A stretch of DNA of 52,410 nucleotides from Candidatus Dojkabacteria bacterium. GTDB taxonomy: Bacteria; Patescibacteriota; Dojkabacteria; SC72; JAHDCA01. Of this stretch, positions 1-10,040 are shown one piece after another. The notes under the pieces were generated by a model. That model was not told where the DNA came from. It was given only the letters and a program-made list of their open reading frames with translations, and made no database searches. A program made the position numbers and the translations under genes. The stretch lies in contig JALWDW010000008.1 of the NCBI GenBank assembly GCA_027036675.1, positions 1 to 52,410 of the forward strand. Reading direction: 5' to 3'. The stretch's first letter is position 1; each line of letters opens with the position of its first letter.

Positions 1-32
1 ATTTCACACCAGTCAACACACGCGAGGACTTT

Positions 33-2915
33 GTGGCGATGGAGGAGAAAATTCAATCGTACTGGCAGGAAAACGATATTTTGGACAAATACCTCAAAAG
101 AAACGAGGACTCTGAGAAACGTTTTTCATTTATCGACGGACCTATCACGGCAAACGGTTTGATGGGCTTGCACCATGCTTGGGGGAGGTCTTATAAGGAC
201 TTGGTCCAGAGATACAAGAATATGAAAGGTTATAAGCAACGTTTCCAAAACGGATTTGATTGCCAAGGACTTTGGGTCGAAGTAGAGGTTGAGAAACAGC
301 TTGATTTCAATAGCAAGAAGGATATTGAAGATTATGGGCTGGATAATTTCACGTTGGCTTGCAAAGGGCGCGTCAACAAGTATTCCAAATTGCAGACCGA
401 AGATTCCGAGAGGTTGGGCATGTTTATGGATTGGGAGAATAGTTATTACACTATGTCTGAAGAAAATAATCTTGCGATATGGGCGTTTCTGAAAAAAGCT
501 TATGAGGAAGGTCTATTGTACAAAGGGCAATCGCCGACGGCTTGGTGTCCTCGCTGTGAGACAGGCTTGTCGCAACACGAGCAGGCCGATGAATACAAAG
601 ATATCGAAGACACTTCGGTATACGTGATGTTTAAACTCAAAGGCGGTAAGGAAGATGAATATTTGTTGGCATGGACGACGACACCGTGGACGCTGGTCGC
701 GAATGTCTTGCTGGCGGTCAATCCGAAGTATCAGTATGTCAGGACGGACTACGAAGGCAGGAAGTTGCTCATGTTGGAAGAAGTTGCTCAAAAATTTGGC
801 TTTGACGATTACGAGCAAGTTGATATCGGAGAATATATTGGTAGAGAATATGAGACGTTGTTTGATGTGCCGGCTCAGCAAGGAGTGGAGCATAAGGTCG
901 TGGAATGGGATTTGGTAGAGGCTACGGCGGGTTCGGGTATAGTGCATATCGCCCCGGGTTGCGGAGCGGAAGACTTTGAATTGGGACAAAGCCTAGGAGC
1001 TGCATCGTTGACACCTATAGATTCCGCCGGGATATTTGTGGACGGTTACGGTCAGCTGGTGGGTAAATACGCTCACGATGTGGCCGACGAGGTGATCGAA
1101 ATGTTGAAGGAAAACAATTCTCTGTACAAAGTCGAGGAATATACGCATAGTTATCCGCATTGTTGGCGTTGCAAGACCAAGGTATTGTTCCGGCTGGAAG
1201 ACAATTGGTTCCTGAAAGTGACCGCCATACGCGACAAACTCAAAGACAGCGCCGCCAGCGCAAATTGGATACCTCCGCATATGCTCAAGAGGATGTTTGA
1301 TTGGTTGGAGAATATGGGAGACTGGATGATAAGTCGCAAGAGATTCTACGGACTGTCATTGCCGTTTTATGAGTGCGAAAAATGCGGTAATCTTCATGTC
1401 GTAGGTAGCAAAGAGGAGTTGAGAGAACTGGCCGTGAATCCGGAGAAAGTTGATGAGTTACCAAGCTTGCACAGACCGTGGATTGACGATATCCGGATCA
1501 AGTGTCCGAAGTGTGGGCAGGAAGTTTCACGGGTAAGCGATGTGGGCGATTGTTGGCTGGATGCCGGAGTGGTACCTTTTTCCACTTTGGGGTATTTTGA
1601 CAACAGGGGATACTGGGAAAAATGGTATCCCGGAGAGTTTGTGACGGAAATGCAGGAACAGGTGCGGTTGTGGTTCTATTCGATGCTTGTTTTCGGTGTG
1701 ATACTGGAGGGGTCGGTTCCATACCAAAACGTGTTGGCGTTTGCGGAATTACGTGATGAAAACAATGAGAAAATCAGCAAGACCAAAGGAAACGGAATAT
1801 CGTTTAAAGATGCCATAGCTATGGGTGGAGCGGATGTGATCCGATGGAATTATGCTCGCCTCAATATCACGTCAAATGCGCAATTTGGACCTTCGGTAGT
1901 AGCGGACGTCCGACGTGAGTTCTTCCTGCCTTTGTGGAATAGTTACGCATACTTCGTCACATATGCGAATATGCATTACTGGAGTCCGACAGGCCTGCCG
2001 AAGGGAATGGAAGCCAAGGTCAAGCTCGTACGTGAAGAGGGTACTCTGATGGACAAATGGCTGGTAAGTGCGTTGAACGATTTGATAAAACGTGTCAACG
2101 AAGCTCTGGATAAATATGAGTTGGCCAAGGCCACACGATCGATAGAGTCGTTTGTCAAAGAGTTGTCCACATGGTATATACGTCGTTCGCGGTCAAGGTT
2201 TCGCGATGGAGACAAGATGGCATTGGCGACGTTGTATATGGCGTTGTTGGGCCTAAGCAAATTGATCGCTCCGGTGGTGCCGTTTATAGCCGAACAGATG
2301 TATCTAAATTTGGCCGGATCGACTGACGAAGGTCGGGAATCCGTACATTTGGAAGATTACCCATCCGCCAATGAAGAAGCTATCGATGAGGATTTGATGA
2401 AACAAATGGCGCAGGTCAGAGAACTCGCTTCTTTGGGATTGGCGATACGTGATGATCGGCGGATCAAGTTGCGGCAACCTTTGCCACGTGCTTATACGAC
2501 TCTTGCAAGCGAGGAGTTTGCGAATATATTGGCTGACGAGATAAATGTGAAAGAAATAGTTGGTGTAGAATCCAAGGAAGATGTACCGGATGCGGAAGAT
2601 GTCATATTACAAGAGCAGGGCGAGATCTTCCTGGCGTTGGATTGCCAAATTGATGATGAGTTGGCAAAAGAGGGTGTCCTAAATGAGCTTCTGCGAAATA
2701 TGCAAGTCATGCGGAAAAAGGCCGGGTTGCAGGTATCGGATCAGGTTGTTTTCGAATACGACACGGACGACGAGATGCTGACGGAAGTGTTGGAGGCCAA
2801 CGATGCTCTGATACGTGAGAAAGTGAATGCAACGGAAATACGGCGAAATGATGCTATGCAGGGTGAGGAAATGGATGTGAACGGACATAAACTGCGAATC
2901 GCGATCATAAGTTGA
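33..2915 (+). CDS. ileS: isoleucyl-tRNA synthetase (type-2-like class I aaRS)
   Basis: 960-aa ORF. FIDGPITANGLMGLHHAWGR (HIGH-type motif), KISKTKGNG (KMSKS-type motif), large CP1-size insertion, several CxxC pairs (CPRC, CWRC, CEKC, CPKC). Start is GTG 33 or ATG 39. Confidence 0.88.
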   Translation: MAMEEKIQSYWQENDILDKYLKRNEDSEKRFSFIDGPITANGLMGLHHAWGRSYKDLVQRYKNMKGYKQRFQNGFDCQGLWVEVEVEKQLDFNSKKDIEDYGLDNFTLACKGRVNKYSKLQTEDSERLGMFMDWENSYYTMSEENNLAIWAFLKKAYEEGLLYKGQSPTAWCPRCETGLSQHEQADEYKDIEDTSVYVMFKLKGGKEDEYLLAWTTTPWTLVANVLLAVNPKYQYVRTDYEGRKLLMLEEVAQKFGFDDYEQVDIGEYIGREYETLFDVPAQQGVEHKVVEWDLVEATAGSGIVHIAPGCGAEDFELGQSLGAASLTPIDSAGIFVDGYGQLVGKYAHDVADEVIEMLKENNSLYKVEEYTHSYPHCWRCKTKVLFRLEDNWFLKVTAIRDKLKDSAASANWIPPHMLKRMFDWLENMGDWMISRKRFYGLSLPFYECEKCGNLHVVGSKEELRELAVNPEKVDELPSLHRPWIDDIRIKCPKCGQEVSRVSDVGDCWLDAGVVPFSTLGYFDNRGYWEKWYPGEFVTEMQEQVRLWFYSMLVFGVILEGSVPYQNVLAFAELRDENNEKISKTKGNGISFKDAIAMGGADVIRWNYARLNITSNAQFGPSVVADVRREFFLPLWNSYAYFVTYANMHYWSPTGLPKGMEAKVKLVREEGTLMDKWLVSALNDLIKRVNEALDKYELAKATRSIESFVKELSTWYIRRSRSRFRDGDKMALATLYMALLGLSKLIAPVVPFIAEQMYLNLAGSTDEGRESVHLEDYPSANEEAIDEDLMKQMAQVRELASLGLAIRDDRRIKLRQPLPRAYTTLASEEFANILADEINVKEIVGVESKEDVPDAEDVILQEQGEIFLALDCQIDDELAKEGVLNELLRNMQVMRKKAGLQVSDQVVFEYDTDDEMLTEVLEANDALIREKVNATEIRRNDAMQGEEMDVNGHKLRIAIIS

Positions 2916-3015
2916 CAATGGTGCTGAACCTGCGATTATGTTATAAATGTACCGGACCCGATGATGAATAACAATGCGTCGAGTGGGTTGCCAATTAAAT
3001 TTTAACCGCATATAA

Positions 3016-3444
3016 ATGTCTCTCAAGTCAAAAGCCGGGTATTATAGAAGAAATTCGAAAGCGAGGATCATACTGATACTGGTGTTGCTTGCTATACTGG
3101 CTGTCCTTTTTGTATTTTGGACGAAATTGAGAGTCTTTATCGTCGCCGCTGTCGTATTATTGCTTGTGGCGTTGGGTATGGAGGTTTCCAAAACGGACTA
3201 CGACCTTGGAAAATTGGTCAAGACTGGTTCTTTGCAAGAATCCAGGGTGGAACAGACCGAGAACGGATTTTGGAAGATAGGGGATGATTGCACCAGCGAC
3301 GAGATGAATTGTTCGGATTTCCAATATCAGGAAGATGCTCAGGACTTCTTTGAAAAATGTGGAGGCAGTGGGAATAATGTCAACAGGTTGGATGGCAACG
3401 ATCACGATGGGGTTGCTTGCGAAAGTTTGCCACATAAGAAATAA
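3016..3444 (+). CDS. small membrane protein with C-terminal Excalibur-type calcium-binding domain
   Basis: N-terminal TM helices. C-terminus CSDFQYQEDAQDFFEKCGG...LDGNDHDGVACESL matches the Excalibur DxDxDGxxCE pattern. Confidence 0.6.
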   Translation: MSLKSKAGYYRRNSKARIILILVLLAILAVLFVFWTKLRVFIVAAVVLLLVALGMEVSKTDYDLGKLVKTGSLQESRVEQTENGFWKIGDDCTSDEMNCSDFQYQEDAQDFFEKCGGSGNNVNRLDGNDHDGVACESLPHKK

Positions 3445-4779
3445 TTGTATATGAGTAGTCTACGACGCAGGTTGGGCAGGCTGGATTGGTTGTCGCTGAT
3501 CATTGTGGTGTTGTTGTTGCTGGTAGGTGTCATCACTCTGTTGTCCACGCAGTTGAAACCGGACGGTAGTTTCGATTTCCACGGGATCGTCGCCTCTCAG
3601 CTTTTGTTTATAGGGGTCGGTCTGGTTGTGTATATAGTGATTGCCTTGTTTTTTGACTTTTCGTACTTACGGTATTTACCGGTGGCCGGGGGATTGTTTG
3701 CCGTGGGCGTCATATTGTTGTTGTATACGGTGTTTATGGGTGTCGGTGGTGCGGAATCCGGGGCGGACAGGTGGATCCGTATAGGGAGTATGACTATACA
3801 GCCTTCCGAATTTGTCAAGGTGATACTGATCATATGGACGAGTGCGGTATTGTCTTACAAAGACCGTATAGGCGAGGTGAGGGCGGTAGCACTCACGTTG
3901 ATAGGACTTGGGATTTTGGTTGCGTTGCTTTTGGCTCAACCTCATTTGGGTATGACAGTATTGTATGTAGCTCTATGGGGCGTGATGGTCTTTACGGTGT
4001 TTGAGGAACAAAAAAGAAACGCAATGGGGGTTGCAATCTTTGTCTTGGCGATAATCGGCGGTGCGGGATTTGCGTTGCACGCCGGCAGTATCGGAGTTAC
4101 GGGATTGGCTTTGAGCGGTATACTGAGCGTATTTGCCATGGCGGGTGATGAACGGTACAAAAAGTTTTTCGTCGTCGTGACAGCGATCTCCATGGTATCT
4201 GCAGTGTTGGTGTATGGAGGCGCAAGGCACATACATTTGGCGGATTACCAGAAGGCCAGGGTTGAAGCTTTCCTCAATCCAAACGAAGGCGATGAAGCCG
4301 CGCAATTCAACAGGCGTCAAGCCATCATTGCCATCGGTTCAGGGCGGTTGACTGGGAAAGGTTTCGGACTGGGGACGCAAAGTCGATTGAAGATCCTGCC
4401 TGAAAGGACGAACGATTTCATCTTCGCCGTATTTGCCGAACAATTCGGTTTCTTGGGGTCATTTGCTCTGATGATTCTATATTTTGCATTGGTGGGGCGG
4501 ATATTTTATTTGTACAGACATATGAGGTCCGGCTTATTCGCGTCTTTGCTGGTTACCGGCATCGCATGGAAGTTGTTTTTGGAGATATCGTTGAATTTGG
4601 CGACAAATATGGGGATGATACCGCAGACGGGAATTCCTTTACCGATGATGAGTTCCGGCGGGTCGATCATGCTTTCCACATTGATTTCTTTGGCGTTGGT
4701 GCAAGCCGTAGTGGTCGCTTCCAAAGATGTAGACGAGTCTATAAACGGATTTGTTGACACCAAGGATATTTTGCTTTAA
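3445..4779 (+). CDS. SEDS-family peptidoglycan glycosyltransferase (FtsW/RodA/SpoVE)
   Basis: 444-aa polytopic membrane protein. RWIRIGSMTIQPSEFVKV and GIPLPMMSSGGSIMLS motifs are typical of SEDS proteins. Confidence 0.85.
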   Translation: MYMSSLRRRLGRLDWLSLIIVVLLLLVGVITLLSTQLKPDGSFDFHGIVASQLLFIGVGLVVYIVIALFFDFSYLRYLPVAGGLFAVGVILLLYTVFMGVGGAESGADRWIRIGSMTIQPSEFVKVILIIWTSAVLSYKDRIGEVRAVALTLIGLGILVALLLAQPHLGMTVLYVALWGVMVFTVFEEQKRNAMGVAIFVLAIIGGAGFALHAGSIGVTGLALSGILSVFAMAGDERYKKFFVVVTAISMVSAVLVYGGARHIHLADYQKARVEAFLNPNEGDEAAQFNRRQAIIAIGSGRLTGKGFGLGTQSRLKILPERTNDFIFAVFAEQFGFLGSFALMILYFALVGRIFYLYRHMRSGLFASLLVTGIAWKLFLEISLNLATNMGMIPQTGIPLPMMSSGGSIMLSTLISLALVQAVVVASKDVDESINGFVDTKDILL

Positions 4780-4792
4780 AATTCACGAAGTT

Positions 4793-5179
4793 ATGGCAGA
4801 TAAAACATCCAACAAAACTCAGAAAGAAGCTCCCGCATCAAGGGCTTCGAAAGACGCATCAGCAACCGATTTTGCCGTGTTGGAGATCGGAGGTTCTCAA
4901 TTGATAGTCCATGTGGGTGACGTCTTTGAAGTGAATAAGCTGGATGCCAAAAGTGGTGATACTATCAAGACGAAAGACGTGCTCATGATCAAGGTCGGCG
5001 ACTCTGTACAGGTGGGTGAACCGCATGTGAAAGGCGCAGAAGTCGAGATAAAAGTTTTGGCGCAGACCAAGGGCAAGAAGATCAAAGCTTTTGATTACAA
5101 AGCAAAATCACGATATAGACGAAGGTGGGGATACAGGCCTCATCTTACACGTATTGAAATTACGCAAATAAAAGCGTAG
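4793..5179 (+). CDS. rplU: 50S ribosomal protein L21 with N-terminal extension
   Basis: FAVLEIGGSQLIVHVGD... core and C-terminal KAKSRYRRRWGYRPHLTRIEI. ATG at 4793 chosen; the track start at 4751 overlaps the upstream gene. Confidence 0.85.
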   Translation: MADKTSNKTQKEAPASRASKDASATDFAVLEIGGSQLIVHVGDVFEVNKLDAKSGDTIKTKDVLMIKVGDSVQVGEPHVKGAEVEIKVLAQTKGKKIKAFDYKAKSRYRRRWGYRPHLTRIEITQIKA

Positions 5180-5206
5180 ACTACACCATAAGCAAATTTA
5201 CGCGAT

Positions 5207-6424
5207 ATGGTGAAATATTTCTTTATTCCCGGTAAAAACAAAGACTTGGCGTTTGCCGAGCTGAAATCTCTGCGAGAGATTTTGAACAACAGCTTTGTCA
5301 TTCGTCGTGATGTGGAATTTTTTGAAGTCGGCTGTGATGATATTGATACGGTTCGAGAGCTTTTTGCGCGCACCGGGGCATTTGTCAAATACGGGGTATT
5401 TTTACCGGACGATGTGCAAATTGCCAAGGTGCCGGCATATAGGTCGGATATCCTGAGCGAGAAAAGGAACCGCCCTGCCAAATCTACCAAGCGCAGGTTC
5501 GGGTTAAGCGCATATACATCATCACTGGATTTCAGCGAACTGAAGAAATTGGCTTATTCCATTAAGCGCGATTTGACACGTGCAGGGTTGAAATACGCAT
5601 ATATCCTCCCCAAGAAGGGGAATGCTCTGAACACGGCGCAGGTCTTGTACAACGACTTGTTGGACTCGGGTTTTGAACTGGATGTGTTTGATGTGAACGA
5701 GACGCAAACTGGCATATCGACAAGGTTTGGCATCACTCTGGGGGTGCAAGATATGAGCGGGTACGTCAAGAGGGATACCGAGAAGCCGTTGATTGATCTG
5801 GAAATGGGTGTCTTGCCACACAAACTGGCCCGAACTATGGTAAATCTGCTGGGGTTGCCGATCGGCAACACAGTATGGGACCCTTTCGCGGGGTCGGGTG
5901 TGTTGGGTATGGAGGCATTGCTGTTAGGGTACAATGTCTTGTTGTCTGATAAAAGCCCGGAAAGCGTCGTGGCGTTGCGGGCCAATCTGGCATGGTTGGC
6001 GGAGGAATACGACCTGGGTTCAACTCGACAAAATGTCTTTCAGTTTGATATGCATGAAAAACGCGGGAAAATTTACTCTCGGTTAACCAAATCCGACATC
6101 GGTGGCGTGGTCTTTGAACCGTATATGGGTCCACCGCAAAAAAATATCATACCCGTCAAGAAAGCCAAAAAATTGGTAAACGAAGTGACTTCATTGTTGC
6201 GTGACACCTTCAAAACGATTGAAAAAATACAGCACCGTCCTTTGAAAGTGGTGGCGGTGGTACCATCCTACAAATCGCAGCATGGCTGGCTGACTCCCAC
6301 GACTCGGGATTTTGTCAGGAAAAAATTGTGGAGAACGCCATCTGCGTTGCGTGGTATGCAATTGTACTCGCAAAGGCCTCGAAGCATTATTCGCAGAAAT
6401 ATACTTGTACTTGAAAGAGTTTGA
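5207..6424 (+). CDS. putative SAM-dependent RNA methyltransferase (UPF0020/Trm11-like)
   Basis: DPFAGSGVLGMEALLLG (SAM motif I) and VFEPYMGPP (motif IV-like). N-terminal ferredoxin/THUMP-like region. Confidence 0.5.
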   Translation: MVKYFFIPGKNKDLAFAELKSLREILNNSFVIRRDVEFFEVGCDDIDTVRELFARTGAFVKYGVFLPDDVQIAKVPAYRSDILSEKRNRPAKSTKRRFGLSAYTSSLDFSELKKLAYSIKRDLTRAGLKYAYILPKKGNALNTAQVLYNDLLDSGFELDVFDVNETQTGISTRFGITLGVQDMSGYVKRDTEKPLIDLEMGVLPHKLARTMVNLLGLPIGNTVWDPFAGSGVLGMEALLLGYNVLLSDKSPESVVALRANLAWLAEEYDLGSTRQNVFQFDMHEKRGKIYSRLTKSDIGGVVFEPYMGPPQKNIIPVKKAKKLVNEVTSLLRDTFKTIEKIQHRPLKVVAVVPSYKSQHGWLTPTTRDFVRKKLWRTPSALRGMQLYSQRPRSIIRRNILVLERV

Positions 6425-6522
6425 TTTCATATGTATAATACGCACGTTTGTCAAGGTATTGGCGAATGATGCAAATCAATGAGTTTGTTTTGCGTGGTAA
6501 TAAATTGTGATTGATATGTTTT

Positions 6523-6831
6523 ATGTCTAAAGTCGCAGCAGCAGGTAGTGTCGCAACGACGATGAATGTGGTCGGTAAGCGGCTTGGAGTTAAAAAATAT
6601 GCCGGGCAATCGGTTATCAATGGAAATATTTTGGTGAAACAGCGCGGGACCGTATTTCATGCCGGTATCGGTACAAAATTATCCAGAGACCACAGCATCT
6701 ATGCGGTGACTGCCGGTGTGGTGCGTTTTAGGCGTATGACTGGCCACAAGCGCAATAAATATTATGTGGACGTGGTCCCCGCCGAAGTTGCCTCGCCAAA
6801 GCAAAGCAAAACATCGAAATCGGCCGCGTGA
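6523..6831 (+). CDS. rpmA: 50S ribosomal protein L27 (divergent N-terminus)
   Basis: GKRLGVKKYAGQSVINGNILVKQRGTVFHAGIGTKLSRDHSIYAVTAGVVRF is the L27 core. ATG at 6523. Confidence 0.85.
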   Translation: MSKVAAAGSVATTMNVVGKRLGVKKYAGQSVINGNILVKQRGTVFHAGIGTKLSRDHSIYAVTAGVVRFRRMTGHKRNKYYVDVVPAEVASPKQSKTSKSAA

Positions 6832-6887
6832 TATGGGCCAACTTGCGTCCAAGTATTCTTTTTCATATCTCCCTGTTATAATCAGGT

Positions 6888-7634
6888 ATGGCAAAACAGC
6901 GTTTCGTACAAATTGAAAACAAAAACGCTTTGTTGGAACTTCTGGAGGACGGCAAACCCATCACCAGGCTGATCATCGCCAACAACGCTTACAAGGACGT
7001 CAAGACAAAAGCCATAGTGGAGCACGCAAGAAAAGCGGGTATCCCGATCGAACGTCGGTCACGTAAATCCATATCGCGAAGATCCAGAGTTTCCAGCAAC
7101 GAGAGTGTGATCGGATTTATGCAAATCGACAACCAATACTCTCTCGAGCAATTGCTCAGTCAGACATACGAAAACGGCGATATCCCTTTTTATATTATCT
7201 TAAACGAAATCAAGTACGCGCAAAACCTCGGCGCTATCTTCAGGACGGCGTTTGCCGGCGGTGTCAATGGCATTATCACCAATAAGCAGACCGGAAATTT
7301 GCTGAGCGATGAAATCATACGTATCTCCATGGGGACCGCTTTGCGAATACCCATAGTGGAGACCCATATATTCAACGCAATCAAAAGACTACGGAAGGAA
7401 GATATCTCAGTGTATGCCATGGATATGGAAGGTAAATCAATTTATAAAGAGAATTTGACCGGTCCGGTGGCGTTTGTTCTCGGGTCCGAAGATACCGGTG
7501 TATCTTCCAAGGTACTGGAAAGAGTGGACGGAGCATTGTCAATACCCATGAGGCGGGGGATCGGGTCGCTGAATGTAAGCATCAGCGGGGCTATAGTGAT
7601 ATACGAAAAATTGCGACAAGAGTTGCAATTGTGA
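6888..7634 (+). CDS. SpoU/TrmH-family RNA 2'-O-methyltransferase (RlmB-like)
   Basis: NLGAIFRTAFAGGVNGII, VLGSEDTGVS and IPMRRGIGSLNVSISGAIVIYE SPOUT motifs. Confidence 0.8.
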   Translation: MAKQRFVQIENKNALLELLEDGKPITRLIIANNAYKDVKTKAIVEHARKAGIPIERRSRKSISRRSRVSSNESVIGFMQIDNQYSLEQLLSQTYENGDIPFYIILNEIKYAQNLGAIFRTAFAGGVNGIITNKQTGNLLSDEIIRISMGTALRIPIVETHIFNAIKRLRKEDISVYAMDMEGKSIYKENLTGPVAFVLGSEDTGVSSKVLERVDGALSIPMRRGIGSLNVSISGAIVIYEKLRQELQL

Positions 7635-7655
7635 TTTGCATCAATCTCCGCCGAT

Positions 7656-8522
7656 TCAATCGTTGAGCATCTTCCTCGTCAAATCTTCAAGTTCTTCATC
7701 CGAATTGAATCGGATGATCATCTGCCCTCCCTTTTGCAGTTGACGGAAACGCACGGTATATCCAAGCTTCTTGGATAGCTTGTCTGCGATCGCCTTTGTC
7801 GAGCGAGTATATGCGATCACCTTCCTTTGCAGATGCTTGCGTTTGCCCATATTGATCTTCTTGACCATCCTTTCGGTGTCTCTGACCGATAACTGTCTTT
7901 TGATTACTATATTGCACGCGGCGATTAACGATGATTCACTTTCTATACCGAGCAACGCACGCCCGTGTCCTTCAGTGATACGGCCGTTGAGTACTGCGGC
8001 TCTGACTTGCGCGGGCAATTGTAGCAATCGGAGCTTATTGGTGATTGTAGATCGTTGCAGTCCCATTTTGCGGGCGATTTCTCTTTGGGTCAGACCAAAC
8101 TCGTTTTGCAGTTGCTCAAAAGCCGAGGCTTCTTCGAGAGGGTTGAGATCCTTGCGTTGAATGTTTTCTATAAGCGCGAGCTCCAACATCTCCTGCTTGG
8201 ATGCTTCTTTGATGACCACGGGGATTGTCTTCAATCCCATCTGCTGAGCGGCTCTGTACCTGCGCTCTCCGGCGATGATATAGTACATGCCCTTTTTGTT
8301 TGGATTAGCCGTGATCACAAGGGGTTGGATTATGCCGTGCTCTTGTATTGATTCGATGATCCCTTGCAAATCCTCCGGTGTAAATTGCATACGAGGCTGG
8401 TATGGGTTTGGCTCGACCAATGAAATGTCAAAAGACGGGTTGTATGCAGAATTCTCGTTTTGCATAGCGCCAGATGAAATCAGAGCAGCCAATCCTTTGC
8501 CGAGTGCTTGTTTTTCCGCCAT
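7656..8522 (-). CDS. parB: chromosome partitioning protein ParB/Spo0J
   Basis: IQPLVI, IIAGERRYRAA and an HTH (LTQREIARKMGLQRSTITN). Confidence 0.9.
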   Translation of the reverse strand: MAEKQALGKGLAALISSGAMQNENSAYNPSFDISLVEPNPYQPRMQFTPEDLQGIIESIQEHGIIQPLVITANPNKKGMYYIIAGERRYRAAQQMGLKTIPVVIKEASKQEMLELALIENIQRKDLNPLEEASAFEQLQNEFGLTQREIARKMGLQRSTITNKLRLLQLPAQVRAAVLNGRITEGHGRALLGIESESSLIAACNIVIKRQLSVRDTERMVKKINMGKRKHLQRKVIAYTRSTKAIADKLSKKLGYTVRFRQLQKGGQMIIRFNSDEELEDLTRKMLND

Positions 8523-8538
8523 AGTTTATTGTATCAGA

Positions 8539-9330
8539 TTATGTAAATCTTGTGATGAACTCCTGCGCCAACTTAGCATACGCGATGGCGCCATGAGACT
8601 TGTCATCGTATTGCAAGATGCTTTTTCCATGCGACGGGGCTTCAGATAAACGGACATTTCGCGGTATTATGGTTTCAAATGTAAGCTTAGGGAAATGCTC
8701 TCTCACCTCCGCCATCACTTGGGCCGAGAGCTTTGTGCGCGCGTCAAACATTGTCAGGATGATACCGCCCAACTCAAGCTTCGGATTTATGTTTTTCACC
8801 AAATTCATGGTGTTGGTAAGTTGCCCAAGGCCCTCCAACGCGTAGTATTCACACTGTATCGGGACGATCACATAGTCGGCAGAGTTCAGAGCGTTGATCG
8901 TAAGCAAACCCAATGAAGGCGGGGAGTCTATCAATACAAAATCAAAGGGTTCATGTAAGTCGTCCAAAGCCTTCCTCAACACGCCCTCCCTTGCCATCAC
9001 GTTGACCATCTCTACTTCAGCGCCAGCCAAGGATATATGAGATGGGACGATGGCCAAATTATCGATTTCTGTGAATGTGAAAACTTGGCTGATTGGTTTG
9101 CCGTTGATCAGGATATCATAAGTATTCAAATATCTGTTTTCCTCGCTTGCCGGATATTTCGACATATTATTCTGTTGAAAAAAACCTATACCCGAGGTGA
9201 GGTTCGCTTGAGGGTCCAGATCGATCAAAAGCACCTTCTTCCCGGCGTTTGCGAGGTATGCGCCAACATTCAATGCCGAAGTTGTCTTACCGACTCCACC
9301 TTTTTGATTGGCAAAAACAAGTGTCGTCAT
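8539..9330 (-). CDS. parA: chromosome partitioning ATPase ParA/Soj
   Basis: Deviant Walker A NQKGGVGKTT, LLIDLDPQ, VLIDSPPS. Adjacent to parB. Confidence 0.9.
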   Translation of the reverse strand: MTTLVFANQKGGVGKTTSALNVGAYLANAGKKVLLIDLDPQANLTSGIGFFQQNNMSKYPASEENRYLNTYDILINGKPISQVFTFTEIDNLAIVPSHISLAGAEVEMVNVMAREGVLRKALDDLHEPFDFVLIDSPPSLGLLTINALNSADYVIVPIQCEYYALEGLGQLTNTMNLVKNINPKLELGGIILTMFDARTKLSAQVMAEVREHFPKLTFETIIPRNVRLSEAPSHGKSILQYDDKSHGAIAYAKLAQEFITRFT

Positions 9331-9334
9331 AGTA

Positions 9335-9949
9335 TCAGTTGAGATTATAATGAGGTCCTGTGATGATCCTCATATTGTTAAACGGGAAATAAACGAAAAT
9401 TACTTCACCTTTGACAGCCTCCAACTCCACCGGTCCGAAAACTCTGGAATCCGTACTGTGAGGGCGATTGTCTCCCATGACGAAAATATGCCCCGCAGGT
9501 ACGGTGAACGGTTGACCCTCTGGTAGAGCCGGCCCCGGCATCGTCCGGACTGTGTCTGCAAGATAATCGCTTTCATCCAATTGCTCATTGTTGATATACA
9601 CATGTCCGTCTATGATCGCGATCTCATCTCCGGCCACTCCGATGACTCGTTTGATGTAATCCTCGGTAGGGGAGTGCTTGAAAATGATGACATCACCTCT
9701 GCGTGGCTCTCTGAGTTTGTAGATGATCTTGTTTGCGATGATATGCTCTTGGTTGCGAAATGTCGGCATCATAGATTGACCGTCAACTTGGTGTGGAGTG
9801 ATCAGCGTCAAGTATAATACGATACTGATGGCAAGAGCAATCACGATTGATTCGATACTTTCGAAAATGACGGATCCTACAGTCCCGAAAACGGCCGAAA
9901 CTCTTTCGAAGCCGGTTTTCTTATTTATATCCACGTCGTACATTCCCAT
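9335..9949 (-). CDS. lepB: signal peptidase I
   Basis: N-terminal TM, GQSMMPTF (catalytic Ser box), GDVIIFK, YIKRVIG, GDNRPHSTDSR. Confidence 0.85.
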   Translation of the reverse strand: MGMYDVDINKKTGFERVSAVFGTVGSVIFESIESIVIALAISIVLYLTLITPHQVDGQSMMPTFRNQEHIIANKIIYKLREPRRGDVIIFKHSPTEDYIKRVIGVAGDEIAIIDGHVYINNEQLDESDYLADTVRTMPGPALPEGQPFTVPAGHIFVMGDNRPHSTDSRVFGPVELEAVKGEVIFVYFPFNNMRIITGPHYNLN

Positions 9950-10040
9950 GAGCAGTTTGTTTCAAAATTCAGATTGACATAAGTATATCACTTCCTCCGG
10001 ATGGTGTAAGTACAATTTGCAGACAAATACAAAACGGGGC

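Noticed and set aside
7635-9334. Search for a canonical parS site (TGTTNCACGTGAAACA) near parAB
   Set aside because: I found only half-site-like words (e.g. GTTTCACG at 19549) and no palindromic parS in the window, so none is reported.
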